64,000 bases of DNA, from NCBI GenBank assembly GCA_963710375.1, contig CAVPZX010000005.1, positions 160,001 through 224,000 on the forward strand, read 5' to 3'. Below the pieces are notes generated by a model that was not told the origin of the DNA, searched no databases, and was given only the letters and a program-made list of their open reading frames with translations. A program made the translations under genes and the position numbers. Below, one piece after another: positions 1 to 10,912 of the stretch (its first letter is position 1; each line of letters starts with the position of its first letter). The DNA is from Nitrospirota bacterium (lineage in GTDB: Bacteria > Nitrospirota > Thermodesulfovibrionia > Thermodesulfovibrionales > Dissulfurispiraceae).

Positions 1-830
1 TCCCTGAGGATGAACTTGAGACGGTAAGGAAAAATGAAGTTATTGATACAATGAGAACTATCGGTAAGGAATTATTAGACCTTTCTGCCGGTTATGAAGC
101 AGGCAGATTTTTCAGAGATGGTGTCGCAACCGCTATTGTGGGGAAGCCTAACGTAGGCAAATCATCACTGTTGAACGCCCTTCTCGAAAAGGACCGGGCC
201 ATCGTTACTGAAATGCCCGGGACGACCAGGGACGTAATAGAGGACACGCTGAACATTGAGGGTCTGCCGTTGCGCATTATGGATACTGCCGGTATACGCG
301 AGACACATAATCTTGCCGAAGCAGAGGGAGTAAAGAGGAGCCTGAAGGCTATAGAGGGTGCTGATATCGTTATTGCAGTGCTGGACAGCAGCATGCCCCT
401 TGATAAGGCTGATGAAGAACTGCTTAAGGCGGTTGCTTACAAAAGGACGATTGTCCTCATTAATAAATGTGATATCCGGTCGCCTGATTTCGCTGTTCCC
501 GACAGCGCAACGAATGTTGTTGAGGCATCGGCATTGACTGGAGAGGGTATCAGTGAATTGAAAGATATGATTTATAGCGTGTGTATTTCTTCCGGAGTTC
601 ACGGGGAGACTGAAGTCCCTCTCATTACCAACATCAGACACAAGCATTCACTGGACAGGGCCTCGCAGGCGCTTGCCGAGGCAGTAAACGTACTCGAAAA
701 CGACATTCCACTTGAGATCGTTGCCATGTATGTGCGGGAGGCGCTTGATTGGGTGGGAACAATAATCGGCATTTTTACTACAGAGGATATACTCAATAAA
801 ATATTCAGCGAGTTCTGTGTAGGCAAGTAA
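1..830 (+). CDS. mnmE: tRNA modification GTPase MnmE, 5' end outside window
   Basis: GKPNVGKSS P-loop, GTTRD, DTAG, NKCD and C-terminal FCVGK; frame open from the window start. Confidence 0.97.
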   Translation, partial: PEDELETVRKNEVIDTMRTIGKELLDLSAGYEAGRFFRDGVATAIVGKPNVGKSSLLNALLEKDRAIVTEMPGTTRDVIEDTLNIEGLPLRIMDTAGIRETHNLAEAEGVKRSLKAIEGADIVIAVLDSSMPLDKADEELLKAVAYKRTIVLINKCDIRSPDFAVPDSATNVVEASALTGEGISELKDMIYSVCISSGVHGETEVPLITNIRHKHSLDRASQALAEAVNVLENDIPLEIVAMYVREALDWVGTIIGIFTTEDILNKIFSEFCVGK

Positions 831-938
831 GCAGTAAGCAGCAAAAACGGAAAAGAAAAACAGGCTATGTAAAAAAGAATGGATTCCCACCTACGAGGGA
901 ATCCATTCTTTTTTAAGTCTTTGCTGCCTACTGCCTAT
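826..938. repeat. Heptamer inverted arms (AGTAAGC / GCCTACT) enclosing the terminator
   Basis: agtaagc agtaagc agcaaa ... tttgct gcctact gcctat; left arm contains the mnmE stop. Confidence 0.6.
870..915. terminator. Perfect 19-bp stem hairpin, probable bidirectional terminator; core ATTCCC-N8-GGGAAT
   Basis: TAAAAAAGAATGGATTCCC-acctacga-GGGAATCCATTCTTTTTTA between convergent genes, with A/T tails on both sides. Confidence 0.75.
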
Positions 939-943
939 TTTTT

Positions 944-1849
944 TTACTTTTTCGGGGCCGGTGCAGGTTGCGGCGTAGGCTCCGGGCTTGGGGCCGGCAC
1001 CATCTTAGGGGCGGCAGACAGTTTTGCAAGTTCATCCTTGTTTATGTCGGCCTTGTAATTCTTTTTGAGGCCGTCTATGTATTTATCAAAGTTGCTTTTC
1101 TGTTTTTCGGCTGTCAAACGCTGCATGATCATTCCCTTTACTTTGTCATAATCGACAATCGTTCCTTTGACATCGGTCACCTTGAAAATGTGAATGCCGT
1201 CCTTTAATTTTACAGGCATTCCAACTTCACCCTTCCTTAATTTGAAGACAACATCCTCGATTTCGGGGGCAAGTTCACCCTTCTTGAAGAAACCCATGCT
1301 ACCGCCGGACTTTGCAGATTTTTTGTCCGTCGAAACTTCGGCAGCTACTTTTGCGAAATCCTCGCCGTTCTTGAGCTTTTCAAGAGCTTTTTTCGCATCG
1401 CCTTCATTCAGCACGACTATCTGGCTCAGCTTGATCTGATTGCGCAGCATAAAATCGTCCTTATGGCTGTTGTAATAGTCTGCGGCATCCTTCTCGCTGA
1501 CTTGTGATGTTGCCTCTATCTCTTTTTGAAGCAGCTCGTTTATCAGAGTAATCTTTTTGAAGTCCTCAACCTTTCTCTCGAAATCCTTATTCTTGTCCAA
1601 TCCCATTTTCTTGGCTTCAAGATACAGCATTTCTTTTTTGACCAGTTCGTCCACAAACCGTGAGGTGCCTTCAGGCCCCTGGAAGAATTGTTTTGCCATT
1701 TCCGGCAGCGCATTCATTTCTTCCTGCACATCCTCTTTGGTGAGGGTGTCGCCATCAATTTTTACTACGTAACTGCCTTGCATCCCTCCGCCTTTTGAAC
1801 AGGAGGCAACAAAAATAAAGGCCACAAACAATAACAATATTTTTCTCAT
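944..1849 (-). CDS. PpiC/parvulin-type peptidyl-prolyl isomerase lipoprotein (PrsA/SurA-like)
   Basis: Lipobox VASC; rotamase motif FAKVAAEVSTD..SAKSGGSMGF; Pro-rich tail. Confidence 0.9.
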   Translation of the reverse strand: MRKILLLFVAFIFVASCSKGGGMQGSYVVKIDGDTLTKEDVQEEMNALPEMAKQFFQGPEGTSRFVDELVKKEMLYLEAKKMGLDKNKDFERKVEDFKKITLINELLQKEIEATSQVSEKDAADYYNSHKDDFMLRNQIKLSQIVVLNEGDAKKALEKLKNGEDFAKVAAEVSTDKKSAKSGGSMGFFKKGELAPEIEDVVFKLRKGEVGMPVKLKDGIHIFKVTDVKGTIVDYDKVKGMIMQRLTAEKQKSNFDKYIDGLKKNYKADINKDELAKLSAAPKMVPAPSPEPTPQPAPAPKK

Positions 1850-1930
1850 TATCAGGAATCTCCTTTTAAAATAGTAGTCTGAAACTCTAACATAATTTAG
1901 CCGTAAAAGTAAAAAATAGCGCTAAATGTG

Positions 1931-2117
1931 CTGCAATTCAGACAGAACAGGGTAATTTTTCTTTGCAAGCGATTAGTCCACTGTGCCAGTGCTGCTGTCT
2001 ATACGGAAAATCGGCCTGGTTCCAGATATATATCTGTGGGCTCGGCGTTACTCGCCCACTGCAGATAACCCAGGCGCTCGACTGCAGAAAAACAACCCTA
2101 TTCTGTCTGAATAGCAG
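1931..2117. other. ~187-nt long imperfect hairpin (MITE-like element or structured ncRNA)
   Basis: Terminal IR ctgcaATTCAGACAGAAcAGGGT / ACCCTaTTCTGTCTGAATagcag plus inner stem gcctgg..tatctg.tgggc / gccca..cagata..ccaggc. Confidence 0.5.
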
Positions 2118-2212
2118 ATAAATGGGTAATGCGTTATGAATAACAATAAATCTATAGCCTGTAACTATAACCTGATGATCTCTGTATAATAAATATCGGA
2201 GTACGGTTATCA

Positions 2213-3268
2213 ATGAAAAAAGTAGTGGTCGGCATGAGCGGCGGGGTGGATTCATCCGTTACGGCGTATCTCCTGAAAGAGCAGGGATATGAGGTTGAGG
2301 GGGTGAGTTTTGTTCTTTATGAGGCGCGCCTAAAAACCCTCTTTTCCGGTTGCTGTTCTCTTGAATCTATCGACGATGCCCGAAGGACCGCAGGACATAT
2401 CGGTTTAAAACACACGGTAATTGATCTGAGAGAGGAATTCCTGGAGCAGGTAATAGAGCCGTTTATTGATGCCTATAAGAAGGGAATTACTCCAAATCCA
2501 TGTATTCTCTGCAACAAGCATATAAAATTCCCCCATCTCCTGAAGATCGCGACCCAGAAGGATGCTGCGTATATTGCAACAGGTCATTATGCGAGAGTTA
2601 TTGATAAAGAACTAAAGAAGGGAATCGACGTGCGAAAGGACCAGTCTTATGTGCTATATGTCTTGAGGCAGGAGGAATTGTCCAGACTTGTACTGCCCCT
2701 CGGAGTCAAGACAAAGCAGGAGGTGCGTGAGATAGCAAAAATGCTGAATCTCCCCGCTGCCAAAAGGCCTGAGAGTCAGGAAATTTGCTTTATTGGCGAT
2801 AAGAGCTACTGTGCCTTCATGGAGGGTCTGGCCGAGAAAATGGAAGGGCGGATTATAGATGTTGAAACAGGCAAAACATTGGGCAGTCACAAGGGAATCC
2901 ACCTCTATACAATTGGTCAGAGGAAAAGAATGGGGATTGCCGTCGGCAAGCCGCTCTACGTGGCAGGAATAGATCCAGCGCAGAATGCTATTTACATAGG
3001 ACCGAGAGAAGCTGCGATGAGGAGGGCCTTTGAAGTTAAAGAAATTAACTGGCTGGCGCCGGCTCCTGCCGGACCCTTCAGGGCAACGGTGAAAATAAGG
3101 TCTACAATGAGAGATGAGCCCGCCACTATAACGGCTGTTGGAGATGACCTTGCCGAAGTTGTATATGTTGAGCCTCAGTGGGCGCCTGCGCCGGGGCAGA
3201 GCGCTGTGTTCTATAACGGCGATACAGTTTTTGGGGGGGGGATTATCCGGTCCGTGCATGAAAGGTGA
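2213..3268 (+). CDS. mnmA: tRNA 2-thiouridylase MnmA
   Basis: SGGVDS, TPNPCILCN, ATGHYA, KDQSY, ESQEICF, APGQSAVFY. Confidence 0.97.
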   Translation: MKKVVVGMSGGVDSSVTAYLLKEQGYEVEGVSFVLYEARLKTLFSGCCSLESIDDARRTAGHIGLKHTVIDLREEFLEQVIEPFIDAYKKGITPNPCILCNKHIKFPHLLKIATQKDAAYIATGHYARVIDKELKKGIDVRKDQSYVLYVLRQEELSRLVLPLGVKTKQEVREIAKMLNLPAAKRPESQEICFIGDKSYCAFMEGLAEKMEGRIIDVETGKTLGSHKGIHLYTIGQRKRMGIAVGKPLYVAGIDPAQNAIYIGPREAAMRRAFEVKEINWLAPAPAGPFRATVKIRSTMRDEPATITAVGDDLAEVVYVEPQWAPAPGQSAVFYNGDTVFGGGIIRSVHER

Positions 3269-3374
3269 AACTCTTGTAATTGTCACACAATTTTTTCTTT
3301 TTTATTCGATAAGTGTTATGTATTTTTTTGTTGCATGTAATACGTTGCAGTAATAATTTAAAAGGAGGCAGGCT

Positions 3375-5385
3375 TTGTTCGACTTGCGAAGGCTGATTCG
3401 TCAATATTGGTTTTTCGCCGCTGTTATCATACTGACAATCGCCAAACTACTATTGATTAGTGGACAAGAGCTGCGTCCGAACTTGAGCGGCTATGATGAC
3501 CTTCATTTCCTATCTGTTGCAGAAAAACTTAAGACATCTTGTTGGCTGGGAAGCTATGATCAGCAGACTCTTGTCGAACGGGATGTTCTTCCCTCTATGG
3601 ATTGCTGTTACCAGTTCAGCAGGCATGCCTCTCCTTTTCTCCCAACATGTTCTTTATGTAATCGCCTGTGCAGTAATGGTTACCGCCCTGCGTCCTTCAC
3701 TGCAGACATCAGGAACGAGGCTGTTTCTGTATGCCTTTCTGCTGTTCAACCCCATTAGCTATGCCGTTCCCTATACTACACAGGTCACGAGGGAGAGCGT
3801 TTATTGTTCCCTTACACTTCTTGTTGTTGCATGTGCTGCAGGTCTTATGCTTAGGATAGAATGGCCGGTTAAAAAAATATGCCAATGGTCGATAGCTCTG
3901 GGGTTATTACTGTCTTCTTTCTGGCTTACCCGCGAAGAGGGCGTGTGGATCACCCCGCTGTTGGTTATAATGCTCGGCTCTGCAATGGTTTTTCTATGGA
4001 GAAAGAAACCGGTTCAGTGGTCCAAGATGTTGATTCTAGGAGCGTTACCCATCATTATTTTGGTTGTCTGTGTGGGAACTGTAGCAGGCATTAATAAGAT
4101 TCGTTATGGCATTTTTGCCACTGTTGAATTAAAAAATTCCAACTTCATTGATGCATATGGAGCGCTGTCGCGTGTTAAATCGTCCAGCTGGAAACAATAT
4201 TATCCGGTGCCAAAGGATGTTAGAGAAAAAATTTATGCTGTTAGTCCGGCTTTCAGGGAAATCGAGCCGTTTCTGGATGGTTCGCTCGGGGAAAGATGGA
4301 TGGCTTATGGTTGCAATCAAGCCGGTCTTTGTGATGACATAGGAGGCGGGTGGTTTCTGTCAGCATTCCGTGAGTCCGTCACCGCAGCCGGCCATCATAG
4401 TTCAGGAACTGCCGCCATGGCATATTATCGCCGCCTAGCTTCAGAAATCAATGCGGCTTGTGACAGCCATTTGTTGGATTGCCTTCCCCCTCGTTCTACT
4501 ATGATGCCGGTATGGCACAGTGAGTATAACAAACAATTCCTCGATACGATACTGTTGGCGGCAAGCAACATAACAGGATTATCCGGCTTCACTGTTCAGC
4601 CGGAGCCTAGGATAATGCCGACGGATAAGCTCGATTATTTCAGGGCGATGACAAGGGAACGGATTTCTTCTCCAAGTACAGGGTTGTCTATTTCAGGATG
4701 GGTGGTCGATCTACAGGGATTGGCCTTAAGATTTTCCATAATCAATAAAAATGGTGCTAAAGCAGATTCCGCGGTTGAACGTGAATTTTCTCCCGGGCTC
4801 TACGAATTTTTTCTGAAGCGGGGTCAGGATATCCCTTCAGCCAGAAGAGCCGGCTTTAACATCATCACGTCCTGTTCTTCGGATTGTTCCCTGCTTATCG
4901 AGTCTGATAAAGGTATATCAAAAAACATTCCCCTTGATGGAACCATTGAAAACAGTCTGGACAACTCGCTGGCCCTTCATCTGAATTTCGTAAAAGCTGT
5001 CCCGATTTATCCAACAATCTCTACGTCAGTTGAGAGGACGAAACTTCTTTTATTGGATAAAGTCGGCAAATTCTACCAGCGTATAATGCCGGCCTTGGCC
5101 ATTCTCTCACTTGCCGGATATTTTCTGGTCACCTACTTTGTTCTGCAAAGGCGGCTCGCTCCGGAGCGATGGCTGATTGCGACATCTCTGTTTATATCGA
5201 TCGCAGGAAGGATTGTGCTCTTATCAATTATAAACGTTTCGTTATATCCGAGCATACATATTCGGTATCTCTCGCCGGTGTATCCCTTGCTGCTGCTTTT
5301 TGAATTCTTAGCGGTAACTGACTGTCTTGTCCTGGTTCGCACACGTTTTATTTCAACAAGTTATAAGGACAGTTTTTTAAAATAA
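3375..5385 (+). pseudogene. Polytopic membrane protein (GT-C-like), split by an apparent frameshift near 3570-3580
   Basis: ORF 3375 gives an N-terminal TM plus DD..WLGSY..TL; the frame of ORF 3493 continues GMFFPLW with many TM helices. Confidence 0.55.
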
Positions 5386-5480
5386 ATATTAAAAGCCCAA
5401 CCGCACCGAATCAGAAATACCCGGCAATGACTTCCGATATCCATTTTTACTCCTCTAGGTCTGTTCCACTGCGATGAATT

Positions 5481-6395
5481 TTACGGTGTTGATGCTTTCT
5501 TGTTCTGCTTTAAGAGAGTCTTTTTGAAATAAAAAAGGTTTAATAAATATAAAATAATTATAAGCAATATCCCAAACACAACATTGTCGAGCAACGACAA
5601 GATGACGGCCTTTTCTTTTTCGATGCCAACGCGTGACAAGAAGAACATAAAAGTCCCCTCTCTTATGCCCAGACCTGAAATCGAAATCGGGACCAAGGCC
5701 AGCACAGCTGCGATTGCGACAACGCTTGACAGATATGTAAAGCTGACAACTATCCCCAGTGATCTTGCCAAAACGTAAAACTGCAGGAAGTACAAGGCAT
5801 AGATCACCACATTAAGAAGCATCATTTTAATTTCGATCGAAGCATCAATGGACATATCTACAGACATATTGAATAACCGGCGCACCAAATTGATCAGACG
5901 GTTTTTGAAAATAAAGGTCATAAAAACCAGACCGAGGACCAGATAGAGCAGCGAGGGAAAATGATAGTTAATTACAAAAAAAATCCCGATAACCGCCAAA
6001 AGACACATGCAAAAAAGGTCTTGAAATCTGTCATGGAGATAAATGACAATTCCCTTTTTGGCCTCGATATCAAAATACTCTTTCATCAGGATAACTTTCA
6101 CGACATCCCCGAATCTTCCTGGTGTAAAAAATCCAAGATAATACGACTCGATATTGAGACTAACGTTATTAGCGTAACTGATAGTTTTGCCGAGATGGTT
6201 ATGGAGGATATGCCAACGGTACACTTTGACAAAATAAAAAAGAAAGAAAAAGAGAAAATAGAGACCAACTAATCTAATATCTATACGGCGCAAAACCTGA
6301 ATGACATGGGGAATATCCAATGAATAAATGATATATGCCAGTATGCCCAGCCCCAGCAATCTAAGGTATTTAATAATATTCTTTACTGAAAGCAT
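5481..6395 (-). CDS. Lysylphosphatidylglycerol synthase TM-domain / flippase-like protein
   Basis: RW, TPGRFGDVVK, DR and PISISGLGIRE motifs; hydrophobic. Confidence 0.85.
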   Translation of the reverse strand: MLSVKNIIKYLRLLGLGILAYIIYSLDIPHVIQVLRRIDIRLVGLYFLFFFLFYFVKVYRWHILHNHLGKTISYANNVSLNIESYYLGFFTPGRFGDVVKVILMKEYFDIEAKKGIVIYLHDRFQDLFCMCLLAVIGIFFVINYHFPSLLYLVLGLVFMTFIFKNRLINLVRRLFNMSVDMSIDASIEIKMMLLNVVIYALYFLQFYVLARSLGIVVSFTYLSSVVAIAAVLALVPISISGLGIREGTFMFFLSRVGIEKEKAVILSLLDNVVFGILLIIILYLLNLFYFKKTLLKQNKKASTP

Positions 6396-6411
6396 GTTTT
6401 CTCCGCGATTA

Positions 6412-7545
6412 TTATCTGCCTAATTTTTTTCTAATTGCAGGGCCGATCAATGAAGCGAGTCGCTTAGGCATATATTTTGACCAAAGCCTATTGGGCAACC
6501 CCGGTCTTACAAATGCAGGTGTGCTTGAATACCGTTTATTTAAAGGATAAAAGTAATGAGAATAATCATAAAATGAAGTGCCCCATTTTTCTTTATATTT
6601 CCTTTGCCCCTCGTACCGTGCAACACTAAAATCGAAGAATTGACAACCCTTTGAATATGCCGCTTTGATCATTTCCCAGTGAACGAAATCATTTGGACGG
6701 TAAGCCAAATACTTTTTTTCGGAAAGAATAAAAATTATGTTCAGACAAGATTTTGTTTTCACTCCCCACAAGAGCGCCGCAATGTCTCCGTTGAATTTAG
6801 CCGTAAAGAGCTGCACTCTATCTTTCATTAGGCGCACCATATTCAAAAAAAAGATCAAAGGGTGCGGCGCGGTGCCGAATTCCTTCATTTTTTCGAGATA
6901 CATGGGATAAAAGATATTTTCAATGATCTGTTCACTGTATTCATTCTCACACGAAAGCGCATTTTCTTCTGCGCGTTTCAGATTTTTTTTTATGCTGTGG
7001 TCCAGGGCCTTATACATGCCGGCAGGCTCCGAGAGCTTTAGTATTGCATTTTCACAATCCGGCTGTTTAAAAAATATATTGTCGGGCACTTCACCGCCGG
7101 AGCATTTCACCCCCTTCAATTCAATATGGGAGGCGCCGCTTCCTTTTAGCAGCATGTCAAGCGCAGCCGCAAGGACATCCCTTTCAAGAACAATTCCGTT
7201 ATTGAGCACGATGCCCCCGTAATCAGCAAAAGGCATAGAAACAAGTTTCTTGCTTTGTGCAAACGGTTTCACCAATATGCTCGGCAAAATGCCGCAAAGC
7301 TTGCCGTTTTCATAAAATCCGAGCGTGTACCCCTTTAAACCGTATGTTTCTTCCACAAAAGTTGTATACGAGCCCAATTGGCTATATCTGCCCTGCGGGT
7401 GGTTATCCACAAAATCGTCCCACTCAATCAAATCACTGTTAGTAAGCAATCGATATTCCATTAAAATATTATCTCCGGTTTTCAGGCTGCCTTGCTCAAC
7501 TTGGCAAAGTAAACCTGATGAAGAGGAACTGTATATTTTTCCCAT
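6412..7545 (-). CDS. FemAB-like GNAT acyl/aminoacyl transferase (true start may be downstream, at MEYRLL)
   Basis: WDDFV, LVSMPFADYGG, FDF..YKEKWG. Confidence 0.8.
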   Translation of the reverse strand: MGKIYSSSSSGLLCQVEQGSLKTGDNILMEYRLLTNSDLIEWDDFVDNHPQGRYSQLGSYTTFVEETYGLKGYTLGFYENGKLCGILPSILVKPFAQSKKLVSMPFADYGGIVLNNGIVLERDVLAAALDMLLKGSGASHIELKGVKCSGGEVPDNIFFKQPDCENAILKLSEPAGMYKALDHSIKKNLKRAEENALSCENEYSEQIIENIFYPMYLEKMKEFGTAPHPLIFFLNMVRLMKDRVQLFTAKFNGDIAALLWGVKTKSCLNIIFILSEKKYLAYRPNDFVHWEMIKAAYSKGCQFFDFSVARYEGQRKYKEKWGTSFYDYSHYFYPLNKRYSSTPAFVRPGLPNRLWSKYMPKRLASLIGPAIRKKLGR

Positions 7546-8168
7546 ATCACCTTTGCGCCAGCTGATTCAAAAAGGCGATGGTACTCCTCCAGCGTCAGGT
7601 AATACTTGCCGCCATCCGTTATTTTCCAATATACTCGTTTTATGGCCTTCAGAAAAAGATTTGAAGACTGAAGTGGTTCATAGAGGAGAACCATTCCCCC
7701 TACCCTCACCGCTTCCATTACAAGCTCCCGAAGCGTGTCCATATCGTTAAGATGGTGCAGAACTCCACAGATTATCACTACGTCAAATGAATCGTTCTTA
7801 AGAGGATACGGGAGCTGGGTCAGGTGCAGCCATTGGCACTCAGGGTACTTCGAACGGCAGTAATCCACCATTTTTTCGCTGATATCGCTGCCCGTGAAGG
7901 AACCGAGAGACAACCCATGGGACTTGAATAATGAGTAAACGTAGCCTTCGCCGGAACCGATTTCAAAAACCAGACTGGAGGGCGGAGTATTCTGGATAAA
8001 CTCATCTGCAACGTTTACTGGATAGCGGTAGACGATGGGGCGGAGGCATTTCGCAAATGCGGTAACGAAATCTATTTTCAATCGATAGAGCCGGGGCAAG
8101 TCGAATAGCTTTTCCGCCAAGCTGTCTTTACGGGTTTTGCGATGCTGACGATTATAAAATGAAGTCAT
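7482..8168 (-). CDS. Class I SAM-dependent methyltransferase
   Basis: FEIGSGEG, DIS, SFDVV..VLHH. Confidence 0.85.
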   Translation of the reverse strand: MTSFYNRQHRKTRKDSLAEKLFDLPRLYRLKIDFVTAFAKCLRPIVYRYPVNVADEFIQNTPPSSLVFEIGSGEGYVYSLFKSHGLSLGSFTGSDISEKMVDYCRSKYPECQWLHLTQLPYPLKNDSFDVVIICGVLHHLNDMDTLRELVMEAVRVGGMVLLYEPLQSSNLFLKAIKRVYWKITDGGKYYLTLEEYHRLFESAGAKVIWEKYTVPLHQVYFAKLSKAA

Positions 8169-8266
8169 ATCATTGGCCCCTTTCTCTTTTTTATTGGTGG
8201 AGTTGCCGCATTACAAGACCATCGGGCTGAAAAGAATACATATGCGACTGATGCATGCTAAGATTT

Positions 8267-8965
8267 TCAGCCATCCTTTATAAATATTACTGCCTCCCTA
8301 TGCAGGTCTAATAAACAATGAAATCCTTTATTCTCTAACACATCTCTAAAAACCGGGTTGATATATAAAATGTATATGCTTCGCCTGTGTAATCTCAAAG
8401 ATTCTTCAATGTTGTCTATGACTTTGATGAATACTTCCTCTCCGAACGGGTTGTAGAAAAAGAATATATCCGCATCATCCGGTATCGGGTATTTGGCTGC
8501 ATCAATATTCGAGATTTCAACTTTGGTGGCGTCGTATTTCTTTTTATTCCTCCGGTAAATGCGCAAATTGTCTTCGCAAATAGCACATAAGGCTTGTGAG
8601 ATTTCCACGCCGATAAGGCGTTTGAATCCGTATTCAAGTGCTACCAGAAGCACGCGGCCTTTTCCAGAGCCGAAGTCAATTAATACACTGTCGCCGAAGT
8701 CCATTTTTAATGTGGTGAGAAGTTTTTGGAGAATGTAATAATTAGCAGCCTGATATTTATATGCATTCTTCCTATCGGTAGCCCCAATATTCAGATCATC
8801 AACTTCAACGACACCTGTGGTATTAGTCCCGTACCGCAGATCAAAATAGAACTCGAAAAAAATAAATACTAACGTGCCGAAAAAGCCTCTTTTTCTGATT
8901 GAGCCCACAAGTAGTGTTCTATAGAATTCCCGCACGATTATCCTCATCCTTTTGTAGAATATCAC
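8267..8965 (-). CDS. Class I SAM-dependent methyltransferase
   Basis: IDFGSGKGR, GVEIS, FFYNPF. Confidence 0.85.
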   Translation of the reverse strand: MIFYKRMRIIVREFYRTLLVGSIRKRGFFGTLVFIFFEFYFDLRYGTNTTGVVEVDDLNIGATDRKNAYKYQAANYYILQKLLTTLKMDFGDSVLIDFGSGKGRVLLVALEYGFKRLIGVEISQALCAICEDNLRIYRRNKKKYDATKVEISNIDAAKYPIPDDADIFFFYNPFGEEVFIKVIDNIEESLRLHRRSIYILYINPVFRDVLENKGFHCLLDLHREAVIFIKDG

Positions 8966-9755
8966 AGAATTGGGAGCATGTTATGAATGTAAAGCCCTTT
9001 TCGACAGATGTAGAAATCAGAGCGTTGAAAAAGTCTCTTGCCCTCGTTGAACCGCAGAGATTAAAATAAATCATATTGCGTATTGCCCGGGGCGGGGTTA
9101 TTGCCCTATGAGAACTTTGGACCAAATCAAAGCAATGGCAGTAGAACATTACAATAACAGAGTCGGCCAAATATCTGGAAATAACTCTCTTAATAGAAGA
9201 ACCCAATAACATGAAATAGGGGCTTCCAAATGGAATTTTCATTACCCCGATACTGCTGACAGGAATTCTGATAAAATTGTTCTCCTGGACCTGGGCCTCG
9301 TTAAGTCGTTTGTATCTGCCTGCTCTAACTATGAAGTCCACCTGGGAAGAATCATAACGGAACCATTGCCGAATACAGGCAAGTGCATAATCACTAATTT
9401 TAAAAGCCGGAGCCCTGAAGCCCTCAACTTTAAAACCCTTCCCGGCAATTTTATTGTAAGACCGCGCTACTTCTTCTTCTACTTCCTTATCCGAAAGGCT
9501 GTCCAAAAACTTAAAAGTACGCTCGGCAACTGGGTGGGAGTATCCGTGCGATGCCACTTCATGGCCATGGCCGATAATGTCTTTAACAAGATCAGGATAA
9601 TCATTAACAATTTGGCAGGTAACAAAAAATGTCCCCTTAATTTTATATGCATCCAGTAGTTCAAGAAAACTATTAACACCTTTTTCGGTATGCGGACCAA
9701 AATATTCGACATCGCAGGTAAACATGAAATACTTATTTTTCACAACTGCCGCCAT
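8919..9755 (-). CDS. Polysaccharide deacetylase family protein (start approximate)
   Basis: TCDVE, GTFFV, HEVASHGYSH, GFRAP, YDSS; the longer 5' ORF extension overlaps the upstream gene. Confidence 0.85.
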   Translation of the reverse strand: MAAVVKNKYFMFTCDVEYFGPHTEKGVNSFLELLDAYKIKGTFFVTCQIVNDYPDLVKDIIGHGHEVASHGYSHPVAERTFKFLDSLSDKEVEEEVARSYNKIAGKGFKVEGFRAPAFKISDYALACIRQWFRYDSSQVDFIVRAGRYKRLNEAQVQENNFIRIPVSSIGVMKIPFGSPYFMLLGSSIKRVISRYLADSVIVMFYCHCFDLVQSSHRAITPPRAIRNMIYFNLCGSTRARDFFNALISTSVEKGFTFITCSQFCDILQKDEDNRAGIL

Positions 9756-9813
9756 ATATTGCTTGAGTGATAACTCATACCGTCCGGATAAACCGGGCCG
9801 GAGTATGTCGTGC

Positions 9814-10872
9814 CTATTTCCGAAGCCATGTCTTGAGAACAGTCTTTGAAAAGTTGAGCCCGTAAGACCAATTCTGCCCCTTTTTGCTATCTCCGGATAA
9901 TCTCCGCAGCACTGTGACAGGCGCATCTGAAATCCGTATCCCCTTCCTTGCGGCATCGATGATCAACTCCGCCGTATGAAACTGGTCCTGCAAGAGAAGG
10001 AGTTTCTGTAATGAGGAGACGCGGAAAGCCCGGAATCCGTTAGAACAATCGGTTATATGCGTTCCCGCCAATATGTTAATAACGAAAGTGAAGACGTGGA
10101 TGCCGACCCACCGAAACGCGCTGTCCTTTTCTCTTCTCCCCAGTACCCTGGAGCCGATCACGATATCCGCCTTGTCCGCAAGAATCGGTCCAACAAGAAG
10201 AGCGATCTCTTCCGGCAGGTGCTGTCCATCACCGTCCATCGTGACAACAACCGAGGCCCCCCCCATAGCCGCTATATCATAGCCCAGGCGGAGCGCCGCC
10301 CCTCCGCCGCGGTTAATGGGATTAGAAACAACTGGATAGCCGTGGCTTTTGACAACCTCGACGGTGTTGTCAGTGCTCCCGTCATCCACTACGAGAACGC
10401 CCAGTTCTCGCCCCGCGACAGCCCGTGGCATTTTAGGGAGGACTATATCCAGATTCTCAGCTTCATTCAAGGCCGGAATGATTACAGTAATCTCCTTTAT
10501 CCCATTTAGCCCTCCTCGGCTCTGCGCAAAGCTCTTGAGAGCCAACTTCCTCACGAGGAGATCGAATTGGAAAGATTTTTGCGTGTCCTTGGACCTAAGA
10601 CCGAAAATGAGGACCCACAGCAGCAGGTTTGAAAAGACGAGCAGCATGATGAGCCGGCCTAACGCCTTGTCTTCAAGTGACAGCATACCGGCAACGATAT
10701 TGATGCTGTTTGGCACAGCAGCGACAGTAATCAGCGCTACACCAAACAGGGACATAAGAAAGAATTCGCGCCGCCGTATAAAGTGAGTCCTGAACCGCCC
10801 AAACGACCAAAGCATGAGGATCGCTCCGGACAATACCCCTAACAACCGCAGAAACACTAACTGGTTTTCCAT
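9814..10872 (-). CDS. DUF2304-like membrane domain fused to a GT2 (DPM1-like) glycosyltransferase
   Basis: Three N-terminal TMs; IPALNE, VDDGSTD, DGDGQH, D..NGFRA. Confidence 0.85.
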   Translation of the reverse strand: MENQLVFLRLLGVLSGAILMLWSFGRFRTHFIRRREFFLMSLFGVALITVAAVPNSINIVAGMLSLEDKALGRLIMLLVFSNLLLWVLIFGLRSKDTQKSFQFDLLVRKLALKSFAQSRGGLNGIKEITVIIPALNEAENLDIVLPKMPRAVAGRELGVLVVDDGSTDNTVEVVKSHGYPVVSNPINRGGGAALRLGYDIAAMGGASVVVTMDGDGQHLPEEIALLVGPILADKADIVIGSRVLGRREKDSAFRWVGIHVFTFVINILAGTHITDCSNGFRAFRVSSLQKLLLLQDQFHTAELIIDAARKGIRISDAPVTVLRRLSGDSKKGQNWSYGLNFSKTVLKTWLRK

Positions 10873-10912
10873 AGGCCCTCTGTCCGTTGCAATTCTATGA
10901 AAGAGGAGGTGA

